Assembly: GCA_903925015.1 (NCBI GenBank)
Contig: CAIYDY010000318.1
Coordinates: 11,299-75,298 of the forward strand
Source: an uncultured Acidobacteriia bacterium
GTDB lineage: Bacteria > Acidobacteriota > Terriglobia > Bryobacterales > Bryobacteraceae
Direction of reading: 5' to 3'
DNA: 64,000 bases
In this document: piece by piece, positions 9,336 through 21,030 of the stretch
Position numbering within the stretch: position 1 is the first letter of the stretch
Layout: each line of letters starts with the position of its first letter
Program-made: the position numbers and the translations under genes
The notes under the pieces: generated by a model
What the model was told of the DNA's origin: nothing
Seen by the model: the letters and a program-made list of their open reading frames with translations, nothing else
The model's database searches: none

Positions 9336-9412
9336 TGGTGCGCCCGAGTGGATTCGAACCACTGGCCTTTTGCTCCGGAGGCAAACGCTCTATCCAGCTG
9401 AGCTACGGGCGC
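9336..9412 (-). tRNA. tRNA-Arg (anticodon CCG)
   Basis: Folded by hand: GCGCCCG/CGGGCGC acceptor, GCTC/GAGC D stem, TTTGC-CTCCGGA-GCAAA anticodon arm, AGTGG-TTCGAAT-CCACT T arm, encoded CCA. 77 nt. Confidence 0.9.
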
Positions 9413-9485
9413 GACTGAAACCATTCTAGCGCATAAGGGGTGTGTCGTGCTAGACTTCAAGAAGTAGTCGGCCTGTTCATCTCGC

Positions 9486-9578
<93 letters not shown>

Positions 9579-9642
9579 GCCTTCCTGTTATCAAAGAACA
9601 TCTCAACCCAAGGGCTTGTCAGGACCGTGACATACTAGGGCC

Positions 9643-10002
9643 GTGGCGTGGGAAGTTGAATTCACGCACGAGTTCGGGGCGTGGTGGGCGGGTCTTGCAC
9701 CGGAGCAACAAGAGGACGTTGCGGAGTCGGTGAGGCTCTTGATTGATTTCGGTCCGGCGTTGCGGTTTCCCCACAGTTCCAAGATCGTGACATCCGCCTA
9801 TCCCCAGATGCGGGAGTTGCGGACGCAGGGTGGCGGTCGCCCGCTCCGAAGCCTGTACGCCTTTGATCCGCTCAGGAATGCCGTTCTGCTGATCGGCGGG
9901 GACAAGACAGGCGACGACCGGTGGTATGAAACGTTTGTCCCGAGGGCGGACCGCATCTTCGAGGAATACTTGCGAGAATTGATGTGGGAAGGAAGGCTCT
10001 GA
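9643..10002 (+). CDS. type II toxin, RelE/ParE superfamily (HigB/Gp49-like)
   Basis: GTG start. '(M)AWEVEFTHEFGAWWAGL...QEDV...LL..FGP.L..PHS..I....MRELR......R..YAFDP.R.AVLLIGGDK' matches the toxin-first addiction-module pattern. Confidence 0.75.
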   Translation: MAWEVEFTHEFGAWWAGLAPEQQEDVAESVRLLIDFGPALRFPHSSKIVTSAYPQMRELRTQGGGRPLRSLYAFDPLRNAVLLIGGDKTGDDRWYETFVPRADRIFEEYLRELMWEGRL

Positions 10003-10322
10003 TGCGCACACGAAATTTCAGGGAACTACTCGACGCAATGCCGGCGGACCGGCGGCAACGAGTGGAGGACAACTATCAGGCTACGTTGGCGGCAATGCCT
10101 GCGGAAGACTTGCGGCGCGCGAGGCAAATGGCGCTGGTTCGACTCTCGGATTCCGTCAATGGCTGGCCGGTGGAGGAATTGCCCGTAGTTGGTGCGGAAT
10201 CGGCGATGCCGGTAAATGTCTTGGCCGAGTATGTGGGCGCGCTTGGCGGACGACTCGAACTGCGTGCCGTGTTCCCGGAACGAGCGTTCCTGATCGGGCC
10301 GTTCGAGAGCGCTTCGCGATAG
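10002..10322 (+). CDS. cognate antitoxin, XRE/HigA-like (divergent HTH)
   Basis: TGATG stop/start overlap with the toxin. The C-terminal 'LAEYVGALGGRLELRAVFPE' is typical of these antitoxins. The central HTH segment is poorly conserved. Confidence 0.6.
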   Translation: MRTRNFRELLDAMPADRRQRVEDNYQATLAAMPAEDLRRARQMALVRLSDSVNGWPVEELPVVGAESAMPVNVLAEYVGALGGRLELRAVFPERAFLIGPFESASR

Positions 10323-10560
10323 ATCGTGTCCCGGCTTCAGCGACTTCACCCGGTCGGACTTGAAGGGGTTTCCCGAATTCACCACCAAGAAAATTTTCCT
10401 GCCCTGTCACTCGTTGGACCGCACCCGAGGACGGCGGGTACTTGCTCGTCGGCTTCTAGCTCGTCAACGGAGTTGGTGCCGTCAACATTTACACCAACGA
10501 TTTCGGCATCCAGCGGGAATTCCACCTGGCCTTGACGCTCACTGGCACCAAACACTGAAA

Positions 10561-10599
10561 GGGCGGATACCCGGCTTGCGCCGGGGATCCGCCCTTTTT
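10561..10599. terminator. intrinsic terminator downstream of the outer-membrane protein gene (usable in both directions)
   Basis: GGGCGGATACCCGG-CTTGCG-CCGGGGATCCGCCC stem-loop, preceded by AAA and followed by TTTTT. It lies 24 nt after the minus-strand stop at 10623. Confidence 0.7.
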
Positions 10600-10622
10600 C
10601 GACTACACGAGTTGCTCCGAAA

Positions 10623-13600
10623 CTAGAAGTGGATCCGAAGACCCATTTCCAAGTTGCGCGGTGTGTTGGATTGGCCGGTCACGCGCCCGAACGTCGTCAA
10701 GCTGGTGAGCGACGGACTGGCGTTGGACGGCTGGAAGTGGTTCAGGATATTGGTGAACTGGAAGGTCAGGGTCGCACCCACGCGGCCATCCTTCCAAGCG
10801 CCAATTTCCTTCACGATCGATGCGTCGAGGTTCCACGTCGGGAAGCCGCGCATGCTGCCGTAGCCCCCGCTGCAGGTGGTGTCGTAGCCCAGGATGCAGC
10901 GGCGGAGGTTGCCCGCGATTGCACTGGGATCGGAGAACACGTTCAAACCCGTCGGATTGTTGGTGCCGACGCCATTGGAGCCGGAACTGGCAAAAAGGGA
11001 GTACTTGACCTGCGTTCCGGGGTTGATCGGCAAAGCGCAATCGCCCGAGCTGTAGTTCGGACCACTGATGCTGGATGACGACGACTGGCCGAATGCCTGT
11101 TGCACCGATCCCGCCGCGTAGCCGACGCAAACCGGAGCACCGCTCTGCGCGAAGAACAGCGGGGCAACACTGTAACCGCCAAGCACGCGGCCCATTACAC
11201 CCTTCTGGCTCTTGAACCACGGCGTCTTGTAGGTCGCCGCGAAGTTGTACAGGAACTTGTAGTCGAAGTTGCTCACGCCGTAGTTGGCGTGGGTGTTGAA
11301 GGCGTCGTACTGGGTGTAGGAGCTGTTGTACTGCGCCAGTGCCGACGTCCCCAGAGCCTTGCTCCACGTGAAGTTGGAGAGGATCGTCATGTTGTGGAAC
11401 TCGCGCGCACGCCAAGTGACGTACATCGCGTTGTAGTTGCCCCAACCGAGCGAACTCTGGATGTCGATGGAAGCGGCCTGCGCGGCGACATTGCCGCCCG
11501 CAACCGCCGGACCCGAAATCATCGTGCGGCCCAAGGTCCAGCTGGCGGCCTTGTTCATAGCGGCCCACAGGTCGGAAACCTGGGCATTCTTGATCAAGGA
11601 TGTCTGGGTGGATGCCACGAACGCCGAGCAGCTCGCATAAGCCTTGCAGCTGGCCGAGCTTGCGCCGCCCAGCGCGTTCTCGAAGAACGGCTGCACCGGC
11701 ACCGCTGCCGGGGCGGTGCCGCCCTGGAGCGCGAAATAGGTGGAGGCAAACGCCTGGGAGAACTGCTGGCCGCCCAAGGTCGTCATGTACGGAACCGCGT
11801 CGAGATTTGTCGCCAAGGTCTCGTTTTTGATGATGCGGCCGATGTAACCCACTTCCAGGATGGACTTGGAAGTGATCTGCCGTTGGATGCTGAACGAGAA
11901 GTTGTCGGTACGGTGCGGCTTGTAGTTCGGGTCGAGCGCCGACGTGTCGCTGGCGGTCGCGTTTCCGCCCACGCCCGGGAAGAAGGGCTGGGCCAAGGTG
12001 GCCGAAGCGCTCGGAAGGTACGGGGAGTTGCCGTCCACGCCGATGCGGAAGGCCGTGCTGGGATCGACGCCGGAGGGTCCGGCGCAAGTGTTGGCCTTGG
12101 TCGGATTCTGGCAGACGACAGCTTGGATCAAGCCGACGCCCAGCAGCGGTGTAAGCACTTGGGTGACGCCGTTGGTGCGGCCCCAAATACGGCTGTAGCC
12201 GCCGCGGATAACCGTGGAGCCGTTGCCCAGCACCTTGCCCAGGATGCCGTCCTTGAAGTGCGGGTTCCATGCAGCGTTGCCACGGGGGCTGAACTCGCCG
12301 TAGAACGGGTTGTACGGGTACTTCCGTCCACCACCAACGTTGCCGACGGTCGCGAATCCGAGAGTCGGATTGTAGACTTGGCCCAGCAAAGCAGCCTTCT
12401 GGCGCTGCGTGATGAAGCCCTGCACGTCAACCGCGTTGCCCGCGGAGTCCACAACCATCACCTGCTTGCCGGTCTGTTCGGTCGGAGGCAGTTCCAGTGC
12501 GTAGCCCATGCTGAAGCTGACCGTGAGGTTCGGCTTTGCCTTCCAAGTGTCGCTGAAGTAGCCGCTGTAATACGGGATGGTGCTCTTGTCGAATGCAGCC
12601 GAACCAGCCGGGTTCAACGCAAGGTTGTTGCCCGAACGGGTGTAGGCCAACTGCGACTGCGTCACCAAGCCGAGGACTTCCGAGTACAGATTTTGATACA
12701 AAGCAGCCTGCCCAGCCGGAACCGTCGACGGAATGTATGGCGAGTTGGCCCAGTTGATGTAGGTGCTGCCCACCCAGTTGACGAGCTGGTTGTTGGTGCC
12801 GACACCGTTGTCGGTGCGGGTGTGGAAGTCGAAGTTGCGCTGGTACGCGCCACCGAACTGCACCAAGTGCTGACCCGTAATCCAAGTCAGGTCGTCCTTG
12901 AAGTAGGCGTCGTGGGCGTCCCAGAAGCGCTGGCGGATGCTCTGCGTGTTCACGTTGAAGGGAATCAGCGCGTTGGTGCTTTCCGGAGCGGTGCTGTTGC
13001 CCGGTGCGATTTCCAAGGCGCCCGTGTAGCCGGGCAGCTGGCCGGGGGCGTTCTGGTTGCCCCACTGCCAGAATTCACGCTGGTAGCTGAAACGGAAGTC
13101 GTTGATGAAGTTCGGGCGGATGTTGCCGGTCAAGCCGACAACATAATAGGACGGAAGCTGGGGCCGTGGGGCAACCGCAACCGGCTGGCCCAGGGTGTTG
13201 CCCTTGAAGAAGCCGCCGATGTCCACTTGGTTGGTTGTCAGATTGATGATCCGCGCGTAGCGGTAGCTGGACATCAGCTTCCAGTTGTCGCCGAAATCGT
13301 GGTCCACACGTCCGACGAAGGCGTTCGAAGTGAGCGGAGCACGGACACTGGACAGGTAACCGGCGGTATTGATGCCGTCACCGGGATTGGACCCCGTGTA
13401 GTCATTCGCGTTCGGCATGTACTGGTTCCAGATCTTCGCAACGTCGGGGTTGATGCCGATGCCGCGTGGATCGCAGGGGCCGCCGGCGCACTGCGCAGGT
13501 TGGTACGTTGTGCCGTTGTAGCTAACGGCATATGGATTCAAGTTGTACGGTACGTAGGTGCCAGCCGCGTTGGGAACCTGGATCACGCCCAGCTTCATCA

Positions 13601-14642
13601 AGGGTGTGGGCACCAGGCGTTCATAACTGCCAACGTTCGGGAAACGTTCCGCCTCATAGTTGAAGAAGAAGAAGGTCTTGCCACCCAAAACCTTGGGTGT
13701 CATGGGACCGCCCAGCGACGTACCGAAACGCGACCGGTGGTTCTTCACGATAGGGGTATACGGAGTTCCGAAAAGCGAGCTCGGCGTATGGTTGTTCGCC
13801 CAGGAGTTGGCCGCGCCGATGTTGGTCGCGTAGTAGAAGCCGTAACCGGAGCCATGCCATTGGTTGGTGCCGCGCTTGGTGGCGATTTGCACCTGGCCGC
13901 CGATTGAGTTGTTGAAATCGGCCGTCTGGTTGAAGGTGCTGACCTTGAACTCCTCCACGCTCTCAACCGGGGTTGGAACGTTGGCGGAGGGGGTGCCGCC
14001 GGTCTGGGTGCCGCCCAAGCCAGTGAAGTTCGTCTGGTACGCAGTCACGTTGCCTGCCATGTCGTCAGTTGCGTTGCCGCCGTCAATCTGGTAGGTGTTC
14101 TGGTCGTTGTACGCACCAGCCGTGAAGCCGCCCAATGTCGTGCCAGGTTGGAGAACGGCCAGCGTGGAAACGTCACGGCCCATGTTCGGAAGATCCTGCA
14201 GCGTGGCACCGCTAAGGGTGGTGCCAACCGAGGCGTTCGTAGTCACTAGTTCGACTCCGGCCGACGCTGTAACTTCCACCGTGGTGGACGTGGCACCGAC
14301 CTGCATGACCGCATTGACGGTTACCGAACTGCCGATCTCAAGCGGCAATGCGGCTACCCGGAAAGTCGTAAAACCCTCCTTGCTCACCGAAAGAGTGTAG
14401 GATCCCGACTTCACGCCCACGAAGATATACCGGCCGGAACCGTTCGTCTTAACCGATTGGGTCTGATTTGTACTTGGATCGAGCAGCCGGACCTCAGCTG
14501 CGGGAATTGCGGCCGCCTGCGGATCTGTAACCAAGCCTGAAATGCTGGCGGATGATGTTCCCTGCGCCCAAGCTGAAATAGTCACTGCCAGAAATGTGGC
14601 GGCGACGGAAAATGTTCTGCCTAACCTCTTCTGTAGTCTCAT
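10623..14642 (-). CDS. giant TonB-dependent-receptor-like outer-membrane protein with N-terminal carboxypeptidase-regulatory-like domain
   Basis: Internal ATG with GGGAGAG upstream. Signal peptide MRLQKRLGRTFSVAATFLAVTISAWAQG. 'ISGLVTDPQAAAIPAAEVRLLD...TNGSGRYIFVGVKSGSYTLSVSKEGF' is a CarboxypepD_reg domain. Plug-like 'LQPG', long beta-rich body, and C-terminal '...GLRIHF' with terminal Phe. Confidence 0.85.
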   Translation of the reverse strand: MRLQKRLGRTFSVAATFLAVTISAWAQGTSSASISGLVTDPQAAAIPAAEVRLLDPSTNQTQSVKTNGSGRYIFVGVKSGSYTLSVSKEGFTTFRVAALPLEIGSSVTVNAVMQVGATSTTVEVTASAGVELVTTNASVGTTLSGATLQDLPNMGRDVSTLAVLQPGTTLGGFTAGAYNDQNTYQIDGGNATDDMAGNVTAYQTNFTGLGGTQTGGTPSANVPTPVESVEEFKVSTFNQTADFNNSIGGQVQIATKRGTNQWHGSGYGFYYATNIGAANSWANNHTPSSLFGTPYTPIVKNHRSRFGTSLGGPMTPKVLGGKTFFFFNYEAERFPNVGSYERLVPTPLMKLGVIQVPNAAGTYVPYNLNPYAVSYNGTTYQPAQCAGGPCDPRGIGINPDVAKIWNQYMPNANDYTGSNPGDGINTAGYLSSVRAPLTSNAFVGRVDHDFGDNWKLMSSYRYARIINLTTNQVDIGGFFKGNTLGQPVAVAPRPQLPSYYVVGLTGNIRPNFINDFRFSYQREFWQWGNQNAPGQLPGYTGALEIAPGNSTAPESTNALIPFNVNTQSIRQRFWDAHDAYFKDDLTWITGQHLVQFGGAYQRNFDFHTRTDNGVGTNNQLVNWVGSTYINWANSPYIPSTVPAGQAALYQNLYSEVLGLVTQSQLAYTRSGNNLALNPAGSAAFDKSTIPYYSGYFSDTWKAKPNLTVSFSMGYALELPPTEQTGKQVMVVDSAGNAVDVQGFITQRQKAALLGQVYNPTLGFATVGNVGGGRKYPYNPFYGEFSPRGNAAWNPHFKDGILGKVLGNGSTVIRGGYSRIWGRTNGVTQVLTPLLGVGLIQAVVCQNPTKANTCAGPSGVDPSTAFRIGVDGNSPYLPSASATLAQPFFPGVGGNATASDTSALDPNYKPHRTDNFSFSIQRQITSKSILEVGYIGRIIKNETLATNLDAVPYMTTLGGQQFSQAFASTYFALQGGTAPAAVPVQPFFENALGGASSASCKAYASCSAFVASTQTSLIKNAQVSDLWAAMNKAASWTLGRTMISGPAVAGGNVAAQAASIDIQSSLGWGNYNAMYVTWRAREFHNMTILSNFTWSKALGTSALAQYNSSYTQYDAFNTHANYGVSNFDYKFLYNFAATYKTPWFKSQKGVMGRVLGGYSVAPLFFAQSGAPVCVGYAAGSVQQAFGQSSSSSISGPNYSSGDCALPINPGTQVKYSLFASSGSNGVGTNNPTGLNVFSDPSAIAGNLRRCILGYDTTCSGGYGSMRGFPTWNLDASIVKEIGAWKDGRVGATLTFQFTNILNHFQPSNASPSLTSLTTFGRVTGQSNTPRNLEMGLRIHF

Positions 14643-14852
14643 CGACTCTCCCTTGACTGAAATTTCGGGCCGCCTGGCGACGACGGAGGCACTCTGGAAC
14701 GCCCACGGTTCCACGATGCCAGCGGCGGATATGATTTCAAGATGGTAGCGCCGGGAGTTCTCGAAGTCAAGCGGTATGGGGCGGACCAACCATCCGCCGT
14801 AGATAGTCGGGGGATCGTCCGAAATCGATTAAGATGGACGTGGGTGGCCGTC

Positions 14853-17800
14853 ATGCGCAGACTTCTTGCATCGATACTTATCTTTTCCTCAGCAGGGGCC
14901 GAATCGGCTCTGGCGGCGGTGGACTTCGACCGCGAGATACGTCCAATTCTCTCGGAAAACTGCTTCACCTGCCATGGCCCGGATTCGAATAAGCGCATGG
15001 CCAACCTCCGGCTGGACCTGGGCGATCCATCCTCGCTGCCTACCGGTGTCGTGGTGCCGGGCAAGTCCGCCGAAAGCCACTTGATTCAACGGGTTGCGGC
15101 AACCGACGCCCGCCGGATGCCGCCCGCGTCAACCGGCAAGTCCCTCACCCCGGCCCAGGTCGCCGCTCTCAAGCAATGGATCGACGAGGGGGCAAAATGG
15201 CGCAAACACTGGGCCTTCGAGCCCCCCGTGCGGCCCGCCGTCCCCACCATCGCCGGAACGTGGGCGCACAATCCGATCGACAATTTCATCTCGGCAAGGT
15301 TGCAAACCGAGGGACTCAAACCGTCCGCCGAGGCGGACCGTGCCACCCTCATCCGTCGCGTTTCGCTCGATTTGACCGGTTTGCCGCCCACCATCTCCGA
15401 GTTGGACGCGTTCCTCGCTGACAAATCCCCCGACGCATACGAAAAACGTGTGGATGCCCTCCTCGCGTCCCCCAGGTACGGCGAGCGCATGGCCTCGGTT
15501 TGGCTCGATGTTGCCCGCTATGCCGACACGCACGGCTACCACATCGACAGCCACCGGGAAATGTGGCACTGGCGCGACTGGGTGGTCGGTGCGTTCAACT
15601 CCAACATGCCCTACGACCGGTTCACTGTGGAGCAACTCGCCGGCGACCTGCTCCCGAATGCCACCGACCAGCAGAAACTGGCCAGCGGCTTCAACCGCAA
15701 CCACATGATCAACTTCGAGGGCGGAGCGATCCCCGAGGAATACCAAACGGAATATGTTGTGGACCGTCTGGAAGCGACGTCGTCGACCTGGCTCGGCCTC
15801 ACCATGGGCTGCGCCCGCTGCCACGACCATAAGTACGACCCAATCCCGCAGCGTGATTTCTACCGCTTCTTCGCCTTCTTCAACAACGTCAACGAGAAGG
15901 GCCTGGACGGTCGCAATGGCAACGCGGACCCGTACCTGCAGCTTCCATCCGCCGAGCAGAAGGTCCGCCAGGACCAGTTGAAACTCGCGATTGCGGCCCA
16001 CGACAAGGCGTTGCCGGAAAAGCGGATCGCCGAGGAGCAAGGGGAATGGGAGAAATCGCAGCTGGCGACGTTCGAGGCGCGTGCCCGAAAGGACTTGGCC
16101 GCGCATTTTGAGTTCGACGGCAATCTCTCGGATTCCTCCGGCCACTACCTCCACGGACGCACCACCAAGGGCGATCTCACCTATTCCAATGGCGCCGTGG
16201 ATCGTGGCGTCGATTTCGACGGTCAAACGAAAACATCCTTCCCCCATATTGCGGCGCTGGATGCCAAGTCTCCGATGGCGGTGGCCTTCTGGCTCAAAAT
16301 CAACCAGAAGCCCAAGGATGTTGTCCTCGTCCAAGGCTCCGCAGGAAAGGGCTTTGAGCTCTGGCTCGATGATTTCGAACTTTCCGGTGTCCAGCAGCGC
16401 GTCCCGAAATTGTATCTCCGGATGCCGGGAGTCGCGGTCCGCACGGTCGACCGCCTGCCCTGGCCGGACAACATGAACCACATCGCCGTGAACTACGACG
16501 GCTCCGGCAAACCCTCCGGGATCGCAATTCTCGTCAACGGGAAGCCGGTCAAGACCGAATCCGTGCCCGGTGCCAACTCCGGTCCGGCTGATAATGCCGC
16601 TCCCTTCGAAATATCCGAATTCAAGGGCAAGCTCGACGACCTGCGTATCTACAGCCGCACGTTGGACGCGTCCGAAATCGAATATTTGGCCGGGCTCGAA
16701 CCCCTGCGCGCCATCCTCAGCATCCGCGCCGACAAACGCGCCAAGGACCAGGCCGCGTGCATTCGCGAGTACTACCTCAGCCACGCAGCCCCCGCCCCCG
16801 ACCGGCAAGCCTGGTCGGAGCTCAAGCAGCTTCGCGACGACCAGAAAAAACTCAACGCGGCCATTCCCACCACCATGGTGATGTCGGAATTGACCGACAA
16901 GCCCCGCGAAACCTTCATACTTGCGCGCGGCGACTACAGGAACCAAACGGAAAAGGTGACCGCCGGAGTTCCCTCGGTACTTCCGCCGCTGCCCGCGAAT
17001 GTTCCCGCGAACCGTCTCGCACTGGCGAATTGGCTGGTGGATCCCGCCCATCCGCTGACCGCGCGCGTCGCCGTAAACCGGTTCTGGGCCATCTACTTCG
17101 GTACCGGGATCGTGAAAACCCAGGAAAACTTCGGGGCGCTGGGCGAGCCGCCCAGCCATCCGGAGCTGCTCGACTGGCTCGCCACCGAATTCATCCGCTC
17201 CAAGTGGGATGTAAAGGCACTGCAGCGCCTGGTTGTGACATCCGCAGCCTATCGCCAGGCGTCCAAGGTCACGCCCGAACTGCTCGAAAAGGATCCCGAA
17301 AACCGCCTGATCTCGCGCGGCCCCCGCTTCCGCATGCCAGCCGAGGTCCTTCGCGATTCCGAACTCTACGCCTCGGGCCTCCTGAAGGAACAAGCCGGGG
17401 GACCGGCCGTCAACCCCTACCAGCCCAATGGCGTGTGGGAGGAAATCGCATACGGGGACGGCTTCACTTCGCAATCGTTCGTTCAGGGCAAGGGGGACGA
17501 TCTCCACCGTCGCAGTCTCTACACTTTCTGGAAGCGCACCGCGCCACCGCCCGAGATGCTGGTGTTCGACGCCCCGGACCGCGAAAAATGCGCAGCCCGG
17601 CGAACCATCACCAATACCCCGCTCCAGGCTTTGACCCTGCTGAACGACACCACGTTCGTCGAGGCGGCGCGCGCACTGGCCGAGCGCATGCTTGTGGAGG
17701 GCGGCAAAACCCCGGCCTCGCGCCTCGGCTACGGCTTCCGCTTGGCGATGGCACGGCAGCCCGCCGCGAAGGAGCTGGCGGTGCTGAGTGGCGAGTTGAA

Positions 17801-17959
17801 TGCCGAACTTCTGGAATACAAACGCCATGAGGACCGGGCCGCCGCGTTGCTCAAGAATGGAGAGGCCCCGTTGAATCCCAAGCTCGACAAATCCGAGCTG
17901 GCGGCCTATTCCGTTGTGGCCGGGCTTATTCTGAATCTGGATGAAACGGTGACAAAGCA

Positions 17960-17963
<4 letters not shown>
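14853..17963 (+). CDS. PSCyt (planctomycete cytochrome c) / DUF1549 / LamG-like / DUF1553 multidomain protein
   Basis: Signal peptide. '[19 protein letters not shown]' and 'RRMPP'. DUF1549-like 'NPIDNFI...[23 protein letters not shown]'. '[12 protein letters not shown]'. Central LamG-like segment ending '[11 protein letters not shown]'. DUF1553 tail. Confidence 0.85.
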
Positions 17964-19438
<1,475 letters not shown>

Positions 19439-19442
19439 GTGG

Positions 19443-20990
19443 CTATTCCGCGAACTTCCGCGGTGCGAAGTTGAAGCACTGCTGCGGAACATCCACCCCC
19501 ATCGTCCGCAGCTGGTGGGCCCGCGTGATCGACGCAGCCCCGTGCATCATGTTCAGCGCAATCTGGACCACCGTTCGATTCTCCGGCGGGGCAAGGAAAC
19601 TGCCCGCTGCCCACTGGTTGAACGCGCCCATCGCCGGACCGCACCAAATCTGGTAGTCGGCTTGGCGTCCGGCCTCGCCCGAAATTGCCCAGCGGCTCGC
19701 GAAGTGCAGGTACCAACGGAACACCAGCGCCATCCTGTGCTTGGGTTCGCGGTAGGCCTTTTCGATCTCGTGCGGCATGCGCTTCTGGAAAAACGCTTCC
19801 GTGTCGGCCCAAATTTGCGCCACCGGCTGCTTGAAGACGTCGCGCTCCAAGGCCTTCATTGTGTCGGCCGGGATGGATTCCAGCGAATCGTGCCGTGAAT
19901 AGAGTTCGTAGAGCTTCGATGCGCGCGCGGCGAAGAACGTGGCGCGCTTCAGCACCTGGACCTTCACGCCCAGCTCGAACATGTCGGCCGCCGGGGCCAT
20001 CATGACATCTGTCGCCGCCGCTTGGCACAGCAGCTTCTTGCCAGCCGGGCTCAACGCTGATTCAATCGCCGCTTGGTTCACGGAACCGGTCAGCGCATAG
20101 GCCGCACCCGCAGCAAAAGCCGCCGCGACGCCGCCCGGCGACCCCAATCCGCCGGCCGCACCAATGCGGATCGGGCTCGTGAACCCGTATTTCGCCACCA
20201 TCTCATCGCGCAGCGTCAGGATGGCGGGCAGCAGGACCGTCAACGGTCGGTTGTCGGTGTGTCCGCCCGAATCGGCTTCCACACTGAAATCCTCCGCCAC
20301 CGGAATGCGCCGCGCCAGATCCGCTTCCTCGCGTGTGAGTTGGCCCTTTTCCACCAACGCCGCGAGCATGTTGTCCGGTGCGGGCGCGAGGAACGGCTTG
20401 GCTACCTCAACACGGGAAATCTTGGCGAAAACGTGGTTGCGGCGGATGATCGACCCATCCGGTGCCGTCTTCAAGCCCGTGCAGGCGTACCGGACGATGC
20501 TGGGACGCAGAGCCATGAACGCCGAAGCCGATACTCGGGTGACGCCCTCGCGCAGGTAGAGGTCCACCGAGCGCTCTTCCAAATCCGGGTCCTGGGGCGA
20601 GTGGATCAGGTTGGAACCCCAGCTTGCGTCCCCGACCGTGGCTTTCAGTTGCGCCACGGCTTTTTCGATCTCATGCAGCGGCAGTCCGGCCGCACCGAAA
20701 AATCCCAATAACCCAGCCTTGGCCATCGCCTGCACCATCGGCACGCTAGCGATGCCGTTCGCCATTTCGCCGCAAATGTAGGGCAGCCGGACCTTGTGGA
20801 CCGCCATGAATGACGGATCGCCCAAACTGGCCGCGGAGATGCCGGGCAAGCGCCCGACGAAATCCGTCCGGTCCGGGGAGGACGGAACGGGGTTGATGCG
20901 GTTGGTGGCCGGGTCGCGGACCAGATCGACGGCGGCGTGCGGATTTTCGACGGCCCAACCGGCCGGAGTAGTGCCTGTGAGAGCTTCCAT
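19443..20990 (-). CDS. PfaD-family enoyl reductase (2-nitropropane-dioxygenase-like, polyunsaturated fatty acid/polyketide type)
   Basis: 'LPYICGEMANGIAS', 'EADSGGHTDNRPL', 'IGAAGGLGSPGGVAAAFAAGAAYALTGSVNQ', 'APAADMFELGVKVQVLKR', 'DYQIWCGPAMGAFNQW'. ATG at 20990 preferred; alternative TTG at 21044 would overlap the upstream gene. Confidence 0.85.
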   Translation of the reverse strand: MEALTGTTPAGWAVENPHAAVDLVRDPATNRINPVPSSPDRTDFVGRLPGISAASLGDPSFMAVHKVRLPYICGEMANGIASVPMVQAMAKAGLLGFFGAAGLPLHEIEKAVAQLKATVGDASWGSNLIHSPQDPDLEERSVDLYLREGVTRVSASAFMALRPSIVRYACTGLKTAPDGSIIRRNHVFAKISRVEVAKPFLAPAPDNMLAALVEKGQLTREEADLARRIPVAEDFSVEADSGGHTDNRPLTVLLPAILTLRDEMVAKYGFTSPIRIGAAGGLGSPGGVAAAFAAGAAYALTGSVNQAAIESALSPAGKKLLCQAAATDVMMAPAADMFELGVKVQVLKRATFFAARASKLYELYSRHDSLESIPADTMKALERDVFKQPVAQIWADTEAFFQKRMPHEIEKAYREPKHRMALVFRWYLHFASRWAISGEAGRQADYQIWCGPAMGAFNQWAAGSFLAPPENRTVVQIALNMMHGAASITRAHQLRTMGVDVPQQCFNFAPRKFAE

Positions 20991-21030
20991 TGAGGACAAA
21001 CTTCCAGTATTACCTGGCTCGGGTATTGGC

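Noticed and set aside
9205-9384. N-terminal extension of the cytochrome c ORF (the 171-aa version).
   Set aside because: The extension runs across the tRNA-Arg gene (9336-9412) and has no signal peptide. The internal ATG at 9204 has a GGAG upstream and yields a proper signal peptide.
10379-10555. Possible 58-codon minus-strand ORF (GTG start, 'VFGASERQGQVEFPLDAEIVGVNVDGTNSVDELEADEQ...') between the toxin-antitoxin pair and the outer-membrane protein terminator.
   Set aside because: It has no ribosome-binding site and starts immediately after a terminator hairpin. Third-position GC is only about 55% by hand count, and no family was recognised. It may be a gene fragment, but support is insufficient.
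11100-13907. Very long ORFs antisense to real genes: 11100-13907(+), 10603-12270(-), 15129-17960(-), 33296-36487(-), 41513-42985(-), 43483-45081(-), 48628-50829(+), 52521-54377(+), 3454-4434(+), 20073-20711(+), 23427-24719(+) and others.
   Set aside because: Each lies opposite or out of frame to an ORF with clear family motifs. Their translations are Arg/Gly/Ala/Pro/His-rich and contain no recognisable motif. This is the usual behaviour of stop-poor shadow frames in GC-rich DNA.
14700-14730. 'AUGCCAGCG' resembling part of a TPP riboswitch in the divergent region of module 1.
   Set aside because: There is no CUGAGA element and no matching P2/P3 helices. It is an isolated 9-mer match.
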